The translations under genes were made by a program, and so were the position numbers. Of a DNA stretch of 64,000 nucleotides, positions 46,547-56,544 are shown piece after piece. Positions within the stretch are counted from its first letter, which is position 1; each line of letters opens with the position of its first letter. The stretch comes from an uncultured Verrucomicrobiota bacterium (lineage in GTDB: Bacteria > Verrucomicrobiota > Verrucomicrobiia > Limisphaerales > VHCN01), in assembly GCA_964589935.1 (NCBI GenBank), contig CAZPVD010000001.1, positions 352,818 to 416,817 of the forward strand, written 5' to 3'. Below the pieces are notes generated by a model that worked only from the letters and a program-made list of their open reading frames with translations, was not told where the DNA came from and ran no database searches.

Positions 46547-48826
46547 ATGAATCGCCTATTTTCGCGACGCAACGCGCCGCAATTCCTCACCACGGCCGCT
46601 CTCTCCGCCGCCGCCGTTTTGTTTGTCGTCCGCACCGGCGCACAGGAACAGAGCGGTCCCCTGCCCGGCCACTCATATCACGGCGAGGCGTTCGACGAAG
46701 GCCCACGCCAAAAGGCCTATTTGATGGAAAACTGCGGGCACGTGCATCTGCCCATCACGGCGAAGGATCCGCTCGCGCAGAAGTTTTTCGATCAGGGCGT
46801 CGGGCAGTTGTATGGCTTCTGGTATTTCGAGGCGGAGCGGAGTTTCCGTCAGGCGTCGAGTCTCGACACGAATGCGCCGATGCCCTACCTCGGCATGGCG
46901 TGGGCAAATTCGAGCAACATCAAGCGCGTGCGCGGCTTCATCAAGCAGGCCGTGGCGCACAAGGCGAGTGCAAGTCCGCGAGAGCAGCGTTGGATTACCC
47001 TTTATGAGGAGTTGTGGAAGGGCGACAAGCAGCCCGACAAGGAACATTGGCGGGAACTGGCAATCGGATTGGAGAAATTGAAAAAAGATTTCCCCGATGA
47101 ACTGGAGGCCAAGGCGTTTCTTGCGTTCCAGATTTACGACAATTCTTCTCGCAGCCTCGCCATCACCAACAACGAGGCCATGGATGCGCTCTTGCGCGAG
47201 GTGCTCAAGGCTGAGCCGATGCATCCGGTGCATCACGCGCGCATCCACTTCTGGGATTCGCGCAAGGCGGAGAACGCGCTGACCGATGCGGCGGCGTGCG
47301 GCCAGTCCGCGCCGAGTGTCGCGCACATGTGGCACATGCCCGGTCACATCTACGACAAGCTCAAGCGCTATCCCGACGCGGTGTGGCAGATGGAAGCCAG
47401 CGCGCGCACGGACCATGCGTTCATGCTGCGCGACCACGTGCTGCCCGACCAGATTCACAACTACGCGCACAACAACGAGTGGCTCACGCGCAACCTTAGC
47501 CACATCGGCCGCGTGCATGACGCCGTGGACCTCGCGCGCAACATGATCGAGCTGCCGCGTCATCCGAAATTCAATACATTCGAAAAAGGCAGCACCTACT
47601 ACGGACGCACAAGGCTCGGTGACATTCTCAATTCGTGGGAGCTGTGGAATGAAACGCTCGCACTCGCGGACACCATTTACCTCGAAGCGGACGGTTCGGC
47701 CGCCGACCGCGCCAGGCGGCTGCGGTTGATCGGCCTCGCGAACTTTCACAAGGGCAACACCGCGCAGGGCGAACAGCAAATCTCCGCGCTCGAAGCGATG
47801 CTGAAGGACGATGTAAAATCATCTGGCGACAACAAGAACAACGCAACTTCATCCAACCGCCAGCCCATTGAAAACGCGCTCGCAGAAGCGAGGCTCGTGC
47901 AGGCGCTCGAATCAAAACAGTTGAAAACCGCGCAGGAGCAGTTCGCGAAAGTCAAAGACCTGAGCAAAGAGCGCCAGGCGCAGTATCAGTTCGCGTTTGG
48001 CGAAAAGGACAAGGCGCTGCAACTCGCGCGCGAGGCAGTCCAGGCCGGCACAAACCAGGTGCGCGTGCTCGCGAACTACAGCGACCTGCTTTACCGCGCC
48101 GGCAAGTGGAAGGATGCTTACGACAATTTCCTCCGCCTCCGCGAACTCACTTCGCAGGCCGACCTCGACGCGCCTGTGCTTCAACGTCTCGCGCCTGTCG
48201 CGAAGGATTTGAAGTTTAGCGCGAACTGGCGTCCGCCATTGAAGAAGCCCGACGATGTCGGCGCGCGGCCCGCGCTCGACAAGCTCGGCCCGTTTCGGTG
48301 GCATCCGTGGCAGGCGGCGGATTGGTCGCTTATCACCGGCGACGGACGCACACTTGCTCTCAAGTCGTATCGAGGCCGGCCGGTCGTTGTGATTTTTTAC
48401 CTCGGCCACGGTTGCGCACACTGCATCGAGCAGCTCAACGCATTCGCGCCGCTCGCGCAGGATTTCGCCAATGCTGGCATTTCGCTCGTGGCCGTGAGCA
48501 CTGACAGCGTGGAAGGCTTGAGTAAAACACACGAAAAAGCAAAGCAGGCCGGCGGTTTCCCCTTCCCGCTCGTCTCGGATCAATCGCTGAAAATCTTCAA
48601 GGCGTATCGCGCCTTTGACGATTTCGAGAACCAGCCGCTGCACGGCTCGTTTCTCGTGGACGGCGACGGGTTTGTTCGCTGGCAGGACATAAGCTATCAA
48701 CCATTCATGGAAACAAAATTCCTGCTCGGCGAGGCAAAGCGACTTTTGAAGGAGCCGCGCACGCGCGTGCTCGCCGGCCAGCCAATGCGCGTCACGAACA
48801 AGCCCGCCGACGCCGCGTGCAAGTGA
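46547..48826 (+). CDS. secreted TPR-like helical protein fused to a C-terminal thioredoxin-fold (AhpC/TSA/redoxin) domain
   Basis: ATG at 46547 (MNRLFSRRNAPQFLTTAALSAAAVLFVVRTGAQ). The C-terminus reads RGRPVVVIFYLGHGCAHCIEQL...LVAVSTDS...FPFPLVSD, typical of redoxin domains with a CxxC. Confidence 0.75.
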   Translation: MNRLFSRRNAPQFLTTAALSAAAVLFVVRTGAQEQSGPLPGHSYHGEAFDEGPRQKAYLMENCGHVHLPITAKDPLAQKFFDQGVGQLYGFWYFEAERSFRQASSLDTNAPMPYLGMAWANSSNIKRVRGFIKQAVAHKASASPREQRWITLYEELWKGDKQPDKEHWRELAIGLEKLKKDFPDELEAKAFLAFQIYDNSSRSLAITNNEAMDALLREVLKAEPMHPVHHARIHFWDSRKAENALTDAAACGQSAPSVAHMWHMPGHIYDKLKRYPDAVWQMEASARTDHAFMLRDHVLPDQIHNYAHNNEWLTRNLSHIGRVHDAVDLARNMIELPRHPKFNTFEKGSTYYGRTRLGDILNSWELWNETLALADTIYLEADGSAADRARRLRLIGLANFHKGNTAQGEQQISALEAMLKDDVKSSGDNKNNATSSNRQPIENALAEARLVQALESKQLKTAQEQFAKVKDLSKERQAQYQFAFGEKDKALQLAREAVQAGTNQVRVLANYSDLLYRAGKWKDAYDNFLRLRELTSQADLDAPVLQRLAPVAKDLKFSANWRPPLKKPDDVGARPALDKLGPFRWHPWQAADWSLITGDGRTLALKSYRGRPVVVIFYLGHGCAHCIEQLNAFAPLAQDFANAGISLVAVSTDSVEGLSKTHEKAKQAGGFPFPLVSDQSLKIFKAYRAFDDFENQPLHGSFLVDGDGFVRWQDISYQPFMETKFLLGEAKRLLKEPRTRVLAGQPMRVTNKPADAACK

Positions 48827-48888
48827 GTGCGGGCCTTTCGCATCAATTCATTTGAGCCGCCCCGCGCCGGCTGTTACTTCTGTCGCGC

Positions 48889-49395
48889 GTGAAACCGGAA
48901 CTCAAGTTCGGCCTGATTGCTGGCGCTGCGGTGAGCACGTGGCTGCTCGTCACGTCGCTCGTCGGATTCCACACTCAGCGGCTCGCGCTCGTTAAATACA
49001 GCGACACGACCAGCCTCGCCGTGCTTGCGGGTGTGATTTATGTCGCGCTCAAGTCCCGGCGGACTCGCTCTCAGAATTGCCTCACGCTCGAACAAGGCTG
49101 GAAAACCGGCACGCTCATTGCGCTCGTCTCCGGTGCCATCGCCGGGCTGTTCAAGGTCGGCTACAATCACGTCATCAACCCGGGCTGGGTTGAAAAAGCC
49201 ATCCAATGGGAGACCACGCGGATGAAAGCGGCCAACGCGCCTGAACAAAAAATCGCCTCAATGGAAACGTATCTGCGCGCAACGAACAGCGATTTCTTCC
49301 TCGTGACACTCGGCATCGCCGGCACGGTCGTGCTGGGAACGTTTATCGCGCTGGCGCTCGCGTTTGCTCTGCAACGCAAACCAGCGCAAACCTGA
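48889..49395 (+). CDS. DUF4199-like small membrane protein
   Basis: 168-aa ORF with a GTG start, four hydrophobic helices, and an N-terminal KFGLIAGAAVS pattern. Confidence 0.65.
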   Translation: MKPELKFGLIAGAAVSTWLLVTSLVGFHTQRLALVKYSDTTSLAVLAGVIYVALKSRRTRSQNCLTLEQGWKTGTLIALVSGAIAGLFKVGYNHVINPGWVEKAIQWETTRMKAANAPEQKIASMETYLRATNSDFFLVTLGIAGTVVLGTFIALALAFALQRKPAQT

Positions 49396-49425
49396 ATCGC
49401 GCCGATTTGATTTGCGCCGCCACCT

Positions 49426-50640
49426 TCACGGTTCGTTGTCAAGCCGCACGACCTCGTTCAACTCATCAAGAAAATTTGGCAGCGCGGATTCGACGCGGTT
49501 CCAGTTTGAAATCAGCGGCGAGGACAATGGATCTTCCAGGAACGCCTTCGCCGCCGCGCGGATGCTGCTGGTGAATGTCGCCACGGCGCCTTCTTCCTCG
49601 TGCCGAGGGAACTTCAATCCATTCACGGCGGCGTCAGCGGCGTAGCAGCGGAGCGTGTCCTCGGCCTGCCGCATGTAAGCACTCAACAGCGTGTCGAACA
49701 GGCCGGCGTCGAGCTTGATGCCTTCGGCGGCCATCCTGCGGAAAAATGATTTTGCGATGTCAATGGCCATCTTGTTCAGTCCCTTGTCTGGGTCGCGAGT
49801 GGAGAGTTCCTGGTGCTTGTGGTCGTAATTCTGGCACAACTCGGACTGGCAGATCGCCCGCGGCGCGGAGTTGCGAAAAACCTCAGCGAGCAGCCCGACT
49901 TCAAGCGCCCAGTCATACGGAATGCGCACCCGCCGCACGAGATCCACGTCCAGCGAGAATTCTCCGGCCAGCGGATAGCGGAATGAGTCCATGTAAACGA
50001 GGAACGAGTGCGTTCCCAAAATGCTCTTCAGCGCGCGGATCATCGGCGTGACCATCAGGCGCATCACCCGGCCGTTGAACTTGTCGGTGACGCGCGCGTA
50101 ATAGCCCTTGCAGAAATCGAACCCCAGGGTCGAATGCGCCACCGGATAACACAGCCGCGCCAGCATTTCGCGGCTGTAGGTCAGGATGTCGCAATCATGC
50201 ACTGCCACCATGCGCGCCTGTTCGCTTGCCAGCACGTAGCCAAAGCAAATCCACACATTCCGACCTTTGCCGCCGGGGCCGGCGCTGACCTCCGACTCGT
50301 CGAGCTTTTGGAAAAGCCGCTGCATCCGTGGACCATCGTTCCAAAGGAGCGTGGGCCGTTGCGGCAACTGGCGGAAAAAAGTCCGCGCCTTGCGCCACTC
50401 GCGCAACCGGGTGGCACCGTCAATCCCGACGACAATCTGGTTGATGTAAGTGACGGCCTTGAGTTCCCTCAGAATCCGATTCAACGCCGGTGTGCCAACC
50501 TCCCGGATGTGACACGGCAACACGAGCGCCATCGGCGTTTCCATGGAAAAGCTTTCCAACTCATCCTCAAGCCGGTGGACATTTCCATCGCCCAGACGGT
50601 GCAGCGTGGCGATGGCACCCGTTTGGAAAAAATCCGACAT
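49426..50640 (-). CDS. glucosyl-3-phosphoglycerate synthase-like glycosyltransferase
   Basis: The ORF track starts at 50652; MSDFFQTGAIATLHRL (ATG at 50640) matches the conserved N-terminus I recall for GpgS-type enzymes. VAVHDCDI (DxD-type) and RIPYDWALEVGLLAEV are also present. Confidence 0.65.
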   Translation of the reverse strand: MSDFFQTGAIATLHRLGDGNVHRLEDELESFSMETPMALVLPCHIREVGTPALNRILRELKAVTYINQIVVGIDGATRLREWRKARTFFRQLPQRPTLLWNDGPRMQRLFQKLDESEVSAGPGGKGRNVWICFGYVLASEQARMVAVHDCDILTYSREMLARLCYPVAHSTLGFDFCKGYYARVTDKFNGRVMRLMVTPMIRALKSILGTHSFLVYMDSFRYPLAGEFSLDVDLVRRVRIPYDWALEVGLLAEVFRNSAPRAICQSELCQNYDHKHQELSTRDPDKGLNKMAIDIAKSFFRRMAAEGIKLDAGLFDTLLSAYMRQAEDTLRCYAADAAVNGLKFPRHEEEGAVATFTSSIRAAAKAFLEDPLSSPLISNWNRVESALPNFLDELNEVVRLDNEP

Positions 50641-50735
50641 GCCTCCTACCATTCGCCCACTTAGAGCGGCTCGGCAAGTGAAACGCTCGTCGCAAAATTT
50701 GACCCCGCGTTCAGACGAGTGGAGATTACGGCGGA

Positions 50736-52304
50736 TTGAAGCTCCTCATCGTCCATTACCATCTGCGTCCGGGCGGCGTGCGCCGCGTCATCGAACAGGC
50801 GACGCCGTGGCTGGTGAGACAGTTCGATGGCGCGCTTGAAACGGTGAAGCTAGTAACTGGAGAAGCGGCAGACGCGGAGTGGAACAGTTCATTCGCGAAA
50901 CGACTCGATCCAACACCGGTGGAAATCTTCGTCGAGCCTGCGTTCAACTATCTCTCCGCGCAAAAACGCTCCCCCGCCGAAGTGACCCGGCGCGCGCGCT
51001 ATGCCTTGGAAAAACTGTTTGCGAACATTTCGAGCGCAGACTGTTTAGTCTGGGCACACAACCTCGGCCTGGCCCGCAACCTGATCCTCGCACGTGAATT
51101 GGTTCGGGTGTGCGAAGCTGGTGGAATTCCTGTCGTCGCGCATCATCACGACTGGTGGTTCGACAATCGCTGGCAGCGCTGGCCCGAGATGCGGCGCTTC
51201 GGTTTCCACGCGCTCAAGCAAGTGGCAAAGACGATTTTTCCCTCGACGCGCAACATCCAGCATATCGCCATCAACCGAAGTGATGCGAGAATTTTGCAAC
51301 GTCACTTTCCCGGACGCGCGCACTGGCTGCCAAATTTAAGCGAGCCTTTGCAGTCGCCAACAACAGTGCGCATCCGCGAGGCCCGTGTCTGGCTTGCGCG
51401 GAGGCTTCGCGAGGCAAACGCGCCCGTGTGGATTCTTCCATGCCGCTTGCTTCGGAGGAAAAATATCGCGGAGGCCCTGCTGCTCACGCATTGGCTTCGA
51501 CCCGAAGCATGGCTCGTCACCACCGCAGGAGTCAGCTCCGAGGACGAGCAACCCTATGCCGACGCACTCGCTCGCGCGGCCCGCAGCCACGGTTGGCGAT
51601 TGCAGCTTGGCGTTCTGAGCACCGATGCAACGCGCAAACCAACCGTGCCTGAACTGCTTAAGACGAGCGAAGCTGTCCTGCTCACGTCCATCCAGGAAGG
51701 GTTTGGCCTCCCGTATCTGGAAGCGGCGGCGGCGCGGCGTCCATTGATCGCACGCTCGCTACCGAACATAGCACCAGACTTGGAATCATTCGGATTCACT
51801 TTCCCGCAGTATTACGAAGAGTTACTCGTGGACACACGCTTGTTTAAGTGGCGCGTAGAAATGCGCCACCAGAAAAAACTGTTTTGCGCCTGGCGCGCCA
51901 AACTTCCATCCTCGTGTCGAGCGTGGAGTGAAGAACCACCCTGGCTCGCAAGAGGAACACAGCCGCAGCCGATTCCATTCAGCCGGCTTACACTCACGGC
52001 TCAACTCGAAGTTCTATCCCAGCCTCTGGAACGTTCGTGGGAATTGTGCGCGCCGCTAAACCCGTTTCTCGAAGTCTGGCGGCGACGCGCCGTCAAAGGC
52101 CGGCTGCAAGTCACATCTTGGCCTCGAAAAGCCGGGCGTTGGTTGAGCGGCCAGGCTTACGCGAAGCGATTCGCAGACATTATTTCAACACAATCTCCGG
52201 CGCTGTTAAGCGCAAACGCCAGCGTCGCGGCGCAGAAGGAATTCATTCGTCAGAAGCTCGACGCGCGGCACGTCTATCCGTTGCTCTGGTCCACATGCAC
52301 ATGA
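50736..52304 (+). CDS. GT-B (GT4-like) glycosyltransferase, long paralogue
   Basis: 522-aa ORF with a TTG start (MKLLIVHYHLRPGG). HHHDWWFDNRW motif shared with 53040-54329. EGFGLPYLEAAAARRPLI (E-x7-E). Confidence 0.65.
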   Translation: MKLLIVHYHLRPGGVRRVIEQATPWLVRQFDGALETVKLVTGEAADAEWNSSFAKRLDPTPVEIFVEPAFNYLSAQKRSPAEVTRRARYALEKLFANISSADCLVWAHNLGLARNLILARELVRVCEAGGIPVVAHHHDWWFDNRWQRWPEMRRFGFHALKQVAKTIFPSTRNIQHIAINRSDARILQRHFPGRAHWLPNLSEPLQSPTTVRIREARVWLARRLREANAPVWILPCRLLRRKNIAEALLLTHWLRPEAWLVTTAGVSSEDEQPYADALARAARSHGWRLQLGVLSTDATRKPTVPELLKTSEAVLLTSIQEGFGLPYLEAAAARRPLIARSLPNIAPDLESFGFTFPQYYEELLVDTRLFKWRVEMRHQKKLFCAWRAKLPSSCRAWSEEPPWLARGTQPQPIPFSRLTLTAQLEVLSQPLERSWELCAPLNPFLEVWRRRAVKGRLQVTSWPRKAGRWLSGQAYAKRFADIISTQSPALLSANASVAAQKEFIRQKLDARHVYPLLWSTCT

Positions 52305-53035
52305 AGATTCGCGCCATCATCTTCGACATCTACGGCACGCTGCTCCAGATCGGTCTGCAGCCCGCCGACGCGAGCGAGCGCTGGGAATTTTTGTGGCAGG
52401 ACATGCTGGCCGACGCGGCGCGCCTTTCGCTCGAGGATTTTGCCGCCGCTTGCGCGAAAGTCATGGAGCACGAGCACGCCGCGGCTTACGAGCGCGGCGT
52501 TGCGAATCCAGAGATTTTCTGGCCTGACGTGGCGAAGGAAGTCCTGCCTGAACTGGCGCGGTTAAATGAAGCGGACCTTGATGAATTTCTTTTCCGACAG
52601 GCGCAGCTTTGGCACACCATCAAACTCGCACCAAATGCCGCCAAGGTTTTGGCTCAACTCCACAAAACACAATTGCCACTCGGCCTAGCGTCCAATTGCC
52701 AGCCTTACACGTTGCGTGAATTGGATGCGGCCCTGAGCGCGATCGGTTTGACGTGCAACATTTTCATGTCGCGTCTCTGTTTCTATTCGTTCCAGCACGG
52801 CTTCAGCAAACCGAACCCGAAAGTCTTTCAATGGCTTGGCGAACATCTTCAAGTTCTTGGCATTTCGTCCGCGGAGACGCTGATGGTCGGCGATTTCCTG
52901 GACAACGATATTGCACCTGCGCAAGCCGCTGGCTGGCAGACGTGGCACCTAACTGCACGTGCCGCCACGGACAGCACCGATGCCGGCGACTGGGGCGAGT
53001 TGTCAAAGTTCCTGAGCCGATGGAATGTGATCTGA
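52301..53035 (+). CDS. HAD-superfamily hydrolase (subfamily IA; phosphatase candidate)
   Basis: The ATG at 52301 overlaps the upstream stop (ATGA). Motif I reads IIFDIYGTLL, motif II GLASNC, motif IV MVGDFLDNDI. Confidence 0.75.
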   Translation: MKIRAIIFDIYGTLLQIGLQPADASERWEFLWQDMLADAARLSLEDFAAACAKVMEHEHAAAYERGVANPEIFWPDVAKEVLPELARLNEADLDEFLFRQAQLWHTIKLAPNAAKVLAQLHKTQLPLGLASNCQPYTLRELDAALSAIGLTCNIFMSRLCFYSFQHGFSKPNPKVFQWLGEHLQVLGISSAETLMVGDFLDNDIAPAQAAGWQTWHLTARAATDSTDAGDWGELSKFLSRWNVI

Positions 53036-53039
53036 TGTT

Positions 53040-54329
53040 ATGAAACAGATCGTTCTTGGTTCCTCGGCCCCGCGTCGCATCGGTTTTATTTCCACGCGCT
53101 TTTCGGGCACGGACGGCGTGACGCTCGAAGCCGACAAGTGGGCGCAGATTCTCGGCGAGTTGGGGCACTCGATCTTCTGGATGGCCGGCCTGCTCGACAC
53201 ACCGCTGGAGACCAGTCACGTCGCGCCGCTGGCTTTCTTTGCTCATCCTGACGTGGTCGAGGTGCAGAAACATCTCTTCGGCAAGGCCACGCGCTCGCGC
53301 GCCGTGAGCAATCAAGTGCAAACAATCAAGGAACACCTCAAGGACGAACTCTACCGCTTCATCGAGAAGTTCCAGATCGAAGTGCTCATTCCTGAAAATC
53401 TCCTCGCCATTCCGATGCACGTGCCGCTTGGCCTCGCCATGACCGAAGTCATCGCGGAAACCACGCTGCCGGTCATCGCACATCACCATGACTTTGCGTG
53501 GGAGCGTGAGCGCTTCACCCTCAGTGCCGTGAATGACTACTTGCAGGCGGCGTTTCCACCGTCCTTCTTCGGCGTTGAGCATGTCGTCATCAACACGATG
53601 GCGCAAAAGGAACTCGCGCGTCGCTACGGAATGCCTTCCTCAATCATCCCAAACGTGCTGGATTTTGAGACACCACCGCCGGGCATTGACGACTACACCG
53701 CCGATTTGCGGCAGGAAATCGGCCTGCGTGACGATGACATTTTCATCCTGCAACCGACGCGGGTCGTCGCGCGCAAGGGCATCGAGCACGCCATCGAACT
53801 CGTGCGCCGTCTCAAGGACCCGCGCGCCAAGCTCGTCATCTCCCATCCTGCTGGCGACGAGGGCAGCGCCTACATGCAACTGCTCAACGAGCGCATCGCC
53901 GACGCGCAGATTGACGTGCGCTTCATTGCTGACCGCGTGGGCGAGGAACGCGGCGTCACCGCGGATGGCCGGAAAATTTACACGCTCTTCGACATCTACC
54001 CGCACGCGGACCTCGTCACTTATCCGAGCCACTACGAAGGTTTCGGCAACGCCTTTCTCGAAGCCATTTACTTTCGCAAGCCCATTGTCGTGAACACCTA
54101 TGCCGTTTATGCGCGCGACATCGCCCCGCTCGGCTTCAAAACCATCGAGATGTCTCAACTCATCAGCAATCAAGTCGTCGAGCAAACGAAGGGAATCCTG
54201 CGCGACAAAGTGCTGCGCGAGGAATGGGCGGAAACGAACTTCAAACTCGGCCTGCGTTTCTTCTCCTACACCGTTGCGCGCCGAAAACTCGCGACACGCT
54301 TGGCGAACTTGTTTGGCGAAGGCGTGTGA
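53040..54329 (+). CDS. GT4-family glycosyltransferase
   Basis: 429-aa ORF with IGFISTRFSGTDGVTLE, HHHDFAWERERF, ARKGIEHAIE and YEGFGNAFLEAIYFRKPIV (E-x7-E). Confidence 0.75.
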   Translation: MKQIVLGSSAPRRIGFISTRFSGTDGVTLEADKWAQILGELGHSIFWMAGLLDTPLETSHVAPLAFFAHPDVVEVQKHLFGKATRSRAVSNQVQTIKEHLKDELYRFIEKFQIEVLIPENLLAIPMHVPLGLAMTEVIAETTLPVIAHHHDFAWERERFTLSAVNDYLQAAFPPSFFGVEHVVINTMAQKELARRYGMPSSIIPNVLDFETPPPGIDDYTADLRQEIGLRDDDIFILQPTRVVARKGIEHAIELVRRLKDPRAKLVISHPAGDEGSAYMQLLNERIADAQIDVRFIADRVGEERGVTADGRKIYTLFDIYPHADLVTYPSHYEGFGNAFLEAIYFRKPIVVNTYAVYARDIAPLGFKTIEMSQLISNQVVEQTKGILRDKVLREEWAETNFKLGLRFFSYTVARRKLATRLANLFGEGV

Positions 54330-54435
54330 TTCATCCGACTCTCATTCCCGCGTGTCGCGGAAGAAGCAAGTCATAGCCATCCCCTAGGGTGAACACCCCC
54401 GTTGGATGCAACGGAGACAGGCGGAAGGTTGAGGT

Positions 54436-54924
54436 ATGAAAACATTGATTCTGTCAGTTGTGTTCCTGTTCGGAGCCAGCCTCAATCCGTTGCTTCAGGC
54501 AGGAGAAGACGACAAGAAGTTTGGCGACACGTGCTTCGTCGCCTACCAAGGCCCGCAGAAGGCCTGGCCGGTGGCTGAAAGCGCCCAAGTCATCCAAGAA
54601 CACGCGGTGCCGATCTACATCGGCCTGCCGAATAAGAAATACACCATCTTGGGCCGCATCTACGACCCTCGCACTGGCGGCATCGGCATTATTGGACGGG
54701 GGCTGGCCGAAGGCCTGTTTTCAGAGCGAGATCGTCAGCGGGATTGCGCCAATCAGGCCAGATATCGCGGAGGCACCGCCGTCCTCGTGACGAACAACAA
54801 AGATATCATCAAGGCGTTTGACCTCAGCAAGGAAGACCTCGAGAAAACCACGCCGCTGTTTAATCACAAAGACAAGATCGTGCTTGCGATCAAGTTTGAG
54901 ACCGACGTCGCACGCGGGAAATGA
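54436..54924 (+). CDS. secreted hypothetical protein
   Basis: 162-aa ORF preceded by GGAAGGTTGAGG (SD-like). Signal peptide MKTLILSVVFLFGASLNPLLQA. Confidence 0.55.
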   Translation: MKTLILSVVFLFGASLNPLLQAGEDDKKFGDTCFVAYQGPQKAWPVAESAQVIQEHAVPIYIGLPNKKYTILGRIYDPRTGGIGIIGRGLAEGLFSERDRQRDCANQARYRGGTAVLVTNNKDIIKAFDLSKEDLEKTTPLFNHKDKIVLAIKFETDVARGK

Positions 54925-54953
54925 GCGGCCACCGCCCGCCAACGCCGTGGTGA

Positions 54954-56456
54954 TCAGTCGCGGCCACCCGCGCTAAACGCTCCACCGCGCTGGTTGTTCA
55001 TCGCCCTCGCAAGCGTGAGCAGCGGGCCGGTGAAGAACGTCGTGACCAGCGCCATCAGCACGAGCATCGCGAAGATGCGCGGTGAAAGGATGCCGAGGTC
55101 GTAGCCGATGTTCAACGCGATGAGTTCGATGAGGCCGCGTGTGTTCATCAGCGCACCGAGCGCGAAGGAATCGTTCCAGTTCATGCCCGTGCATCGCGCC
55201 GTGAGCATGGTGCCGCCGAGCTTGCCGAATGTCGCGAGTGCGACGATGCCGAGGCAGGTGAGCCAGCCGCCCGCGTCGTTTAGCAGGCCGATTTGTGTCC
55301 GCAATCCGGTGAAGACGAAGAACAGCGGCAGCAGGAAAACCGAGCTGAAGTTCTCGATTCGCACGCTGAGCCGGTGACGAAACTCGCCGTGCGCGGGCAT
55401 CACCACGCCGGCAAGAAACGCGCCGAACAACGGGTGGATGCCGATGATTTCCGTCGCAAGTGCGCTCGCGAGCACAAGCCCCAGCACGAATGCCAGCACG
55501 CCCTTGCCCGGCGATTCAGCGTTGAGCGCTTCATCACCGATCCATCGTTCCAAACGCGGCCGGATCACCAGCAGCATGACGGACACGAAAACAATCACCA
55601 AAGCAATCGTGAGCACCGAGCCAGACAGCGCGTCCGTCTTCACGATGGCCACAACAAACGCCAGGATGCACCACGCCGCCACGTCGCCAGCCGCCGCGCA
55701 TGTGAGCGCCGTGCTGCCCAGCGGCGTCTTGGACATGCCTCGTTCTTGCAAAATTCTCGCGAGCACCGGAAACGCCGTGATGCTCATGGAAATTCCCATG
55801 AACAGTGCGAAGGCCGTGAAGGATGTGCCTGGTGTTGCCAGTGTCGAAAACAAAAACAGCGCCGCCACCGTGCCGAGAAAATACGGGAACGCGATGCTCA
55901 TCTGGCTTACCAGCACGGCAGTTCGCGCCTGATGACGGAGGTGGGTCACGTCGAGTTCCATTCCAATCGCGAACATGAACAGGCAGACACCGATTTGACT
56001 CAGCAACTTGAGCGTGCCCAACGATGCCACGGGAAAGACGAAACCGAACACATCCGGCGCAAGCCAGCCAAGCAGTGACGGACCGAGCACAATGCCCGCG
56101 GCCATCTCGCCGACCACCGCGGGCTGGCCCATGCGCGCGAAAGCCGCGCCGAAAATCCGGGCCGTTGCGATGATGACGATCAACTGGAAGAACAGCCGGC
56201 TCAACGGCTCGTCCAGATTCGATTTCAGGCCGGAAAAAGCCCCTTGCTGCGCGATCACTTTCTTTGCCGTCGCCGGAAACGTTTCCAAAAGCTTGGAGAT
56301 TTTTGCTTCAACCGGCGCGGGGGCGACGAGCGTCTGCCCGTGCCGCAAAATGAGGCCGATGCCCAGCCCGAAGACCAGCAGCACCGAGATGTAGATGAGA
56401 AGGTTCCTGTTCAAATGCCGTGTCGCCGGAGTTGATAACAGCAACCGCGCCAGCAT
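54954..56456 (-). CDS. cation:proton antiporter (CPA2, Kef/NapA-like Na_H exchanger fold)
   Basis: The track ORF (54954-58193, 1079 aa) is a long antisense run-on. The transporter begins at the ATG at 56456 (MLARLLLSTPATRHLNRNLLIYISVLLVF...). It has ~12 TM helices with GEMAAGIVLGPS, FMFAIGMELD and TAFPVLARIL. Confidence 0.85.
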   Translation of the reverse strand: MLARLLLSTPATRHLNRNLLIYISVLLVFGLGIGLILRHGQTLVAPAPVEAKISKLLETFPATAKKVIAQQGAFSGLKSNLDEPLSRLFFQLIVIIATARIFGAAFARMGQPAVVGEMAAGIVLGPSLLGWLAPDVFGFVFPVASLGTLKLLSQIGVCLFMFAIGMELDVTHLRHQARTAVLVSQMSIAFPYFLGTVAALFLFSTLATPGTSFTAFALFMGISMSITAFPVLARILQERGMSKTPLGSTALTCAAAGDVAAWCILAFVVAIVKTDALSGSVLTIALVIVFVSVMLLVIRPRLERWIGDEALNAESPGKGVLAFVLGLVLASALATEIIGIHPLFGAFLAGVVMPAHGEFRHRLSVRIENFSSVFLLPLFFVFTGLRTQIGLLNDAGGWLTCLGIVALATFGKLGGTMLTARCTGMNWNDSFALGALMNTRGLIELIALNIGYDLGILSPRIFAMLVLMALVTTFFTGPLLTLARAMNNQRGGAFSAGGRD

Positions 56457-56544
56457 GTCCACCGCGACCGCTCGGTCCCGGCAGACGATGAAACTTCCAC
56501 TCGCCATGCAGCGCCAGTTTCGCCTAAGCTCCCCGCCCTGATTC

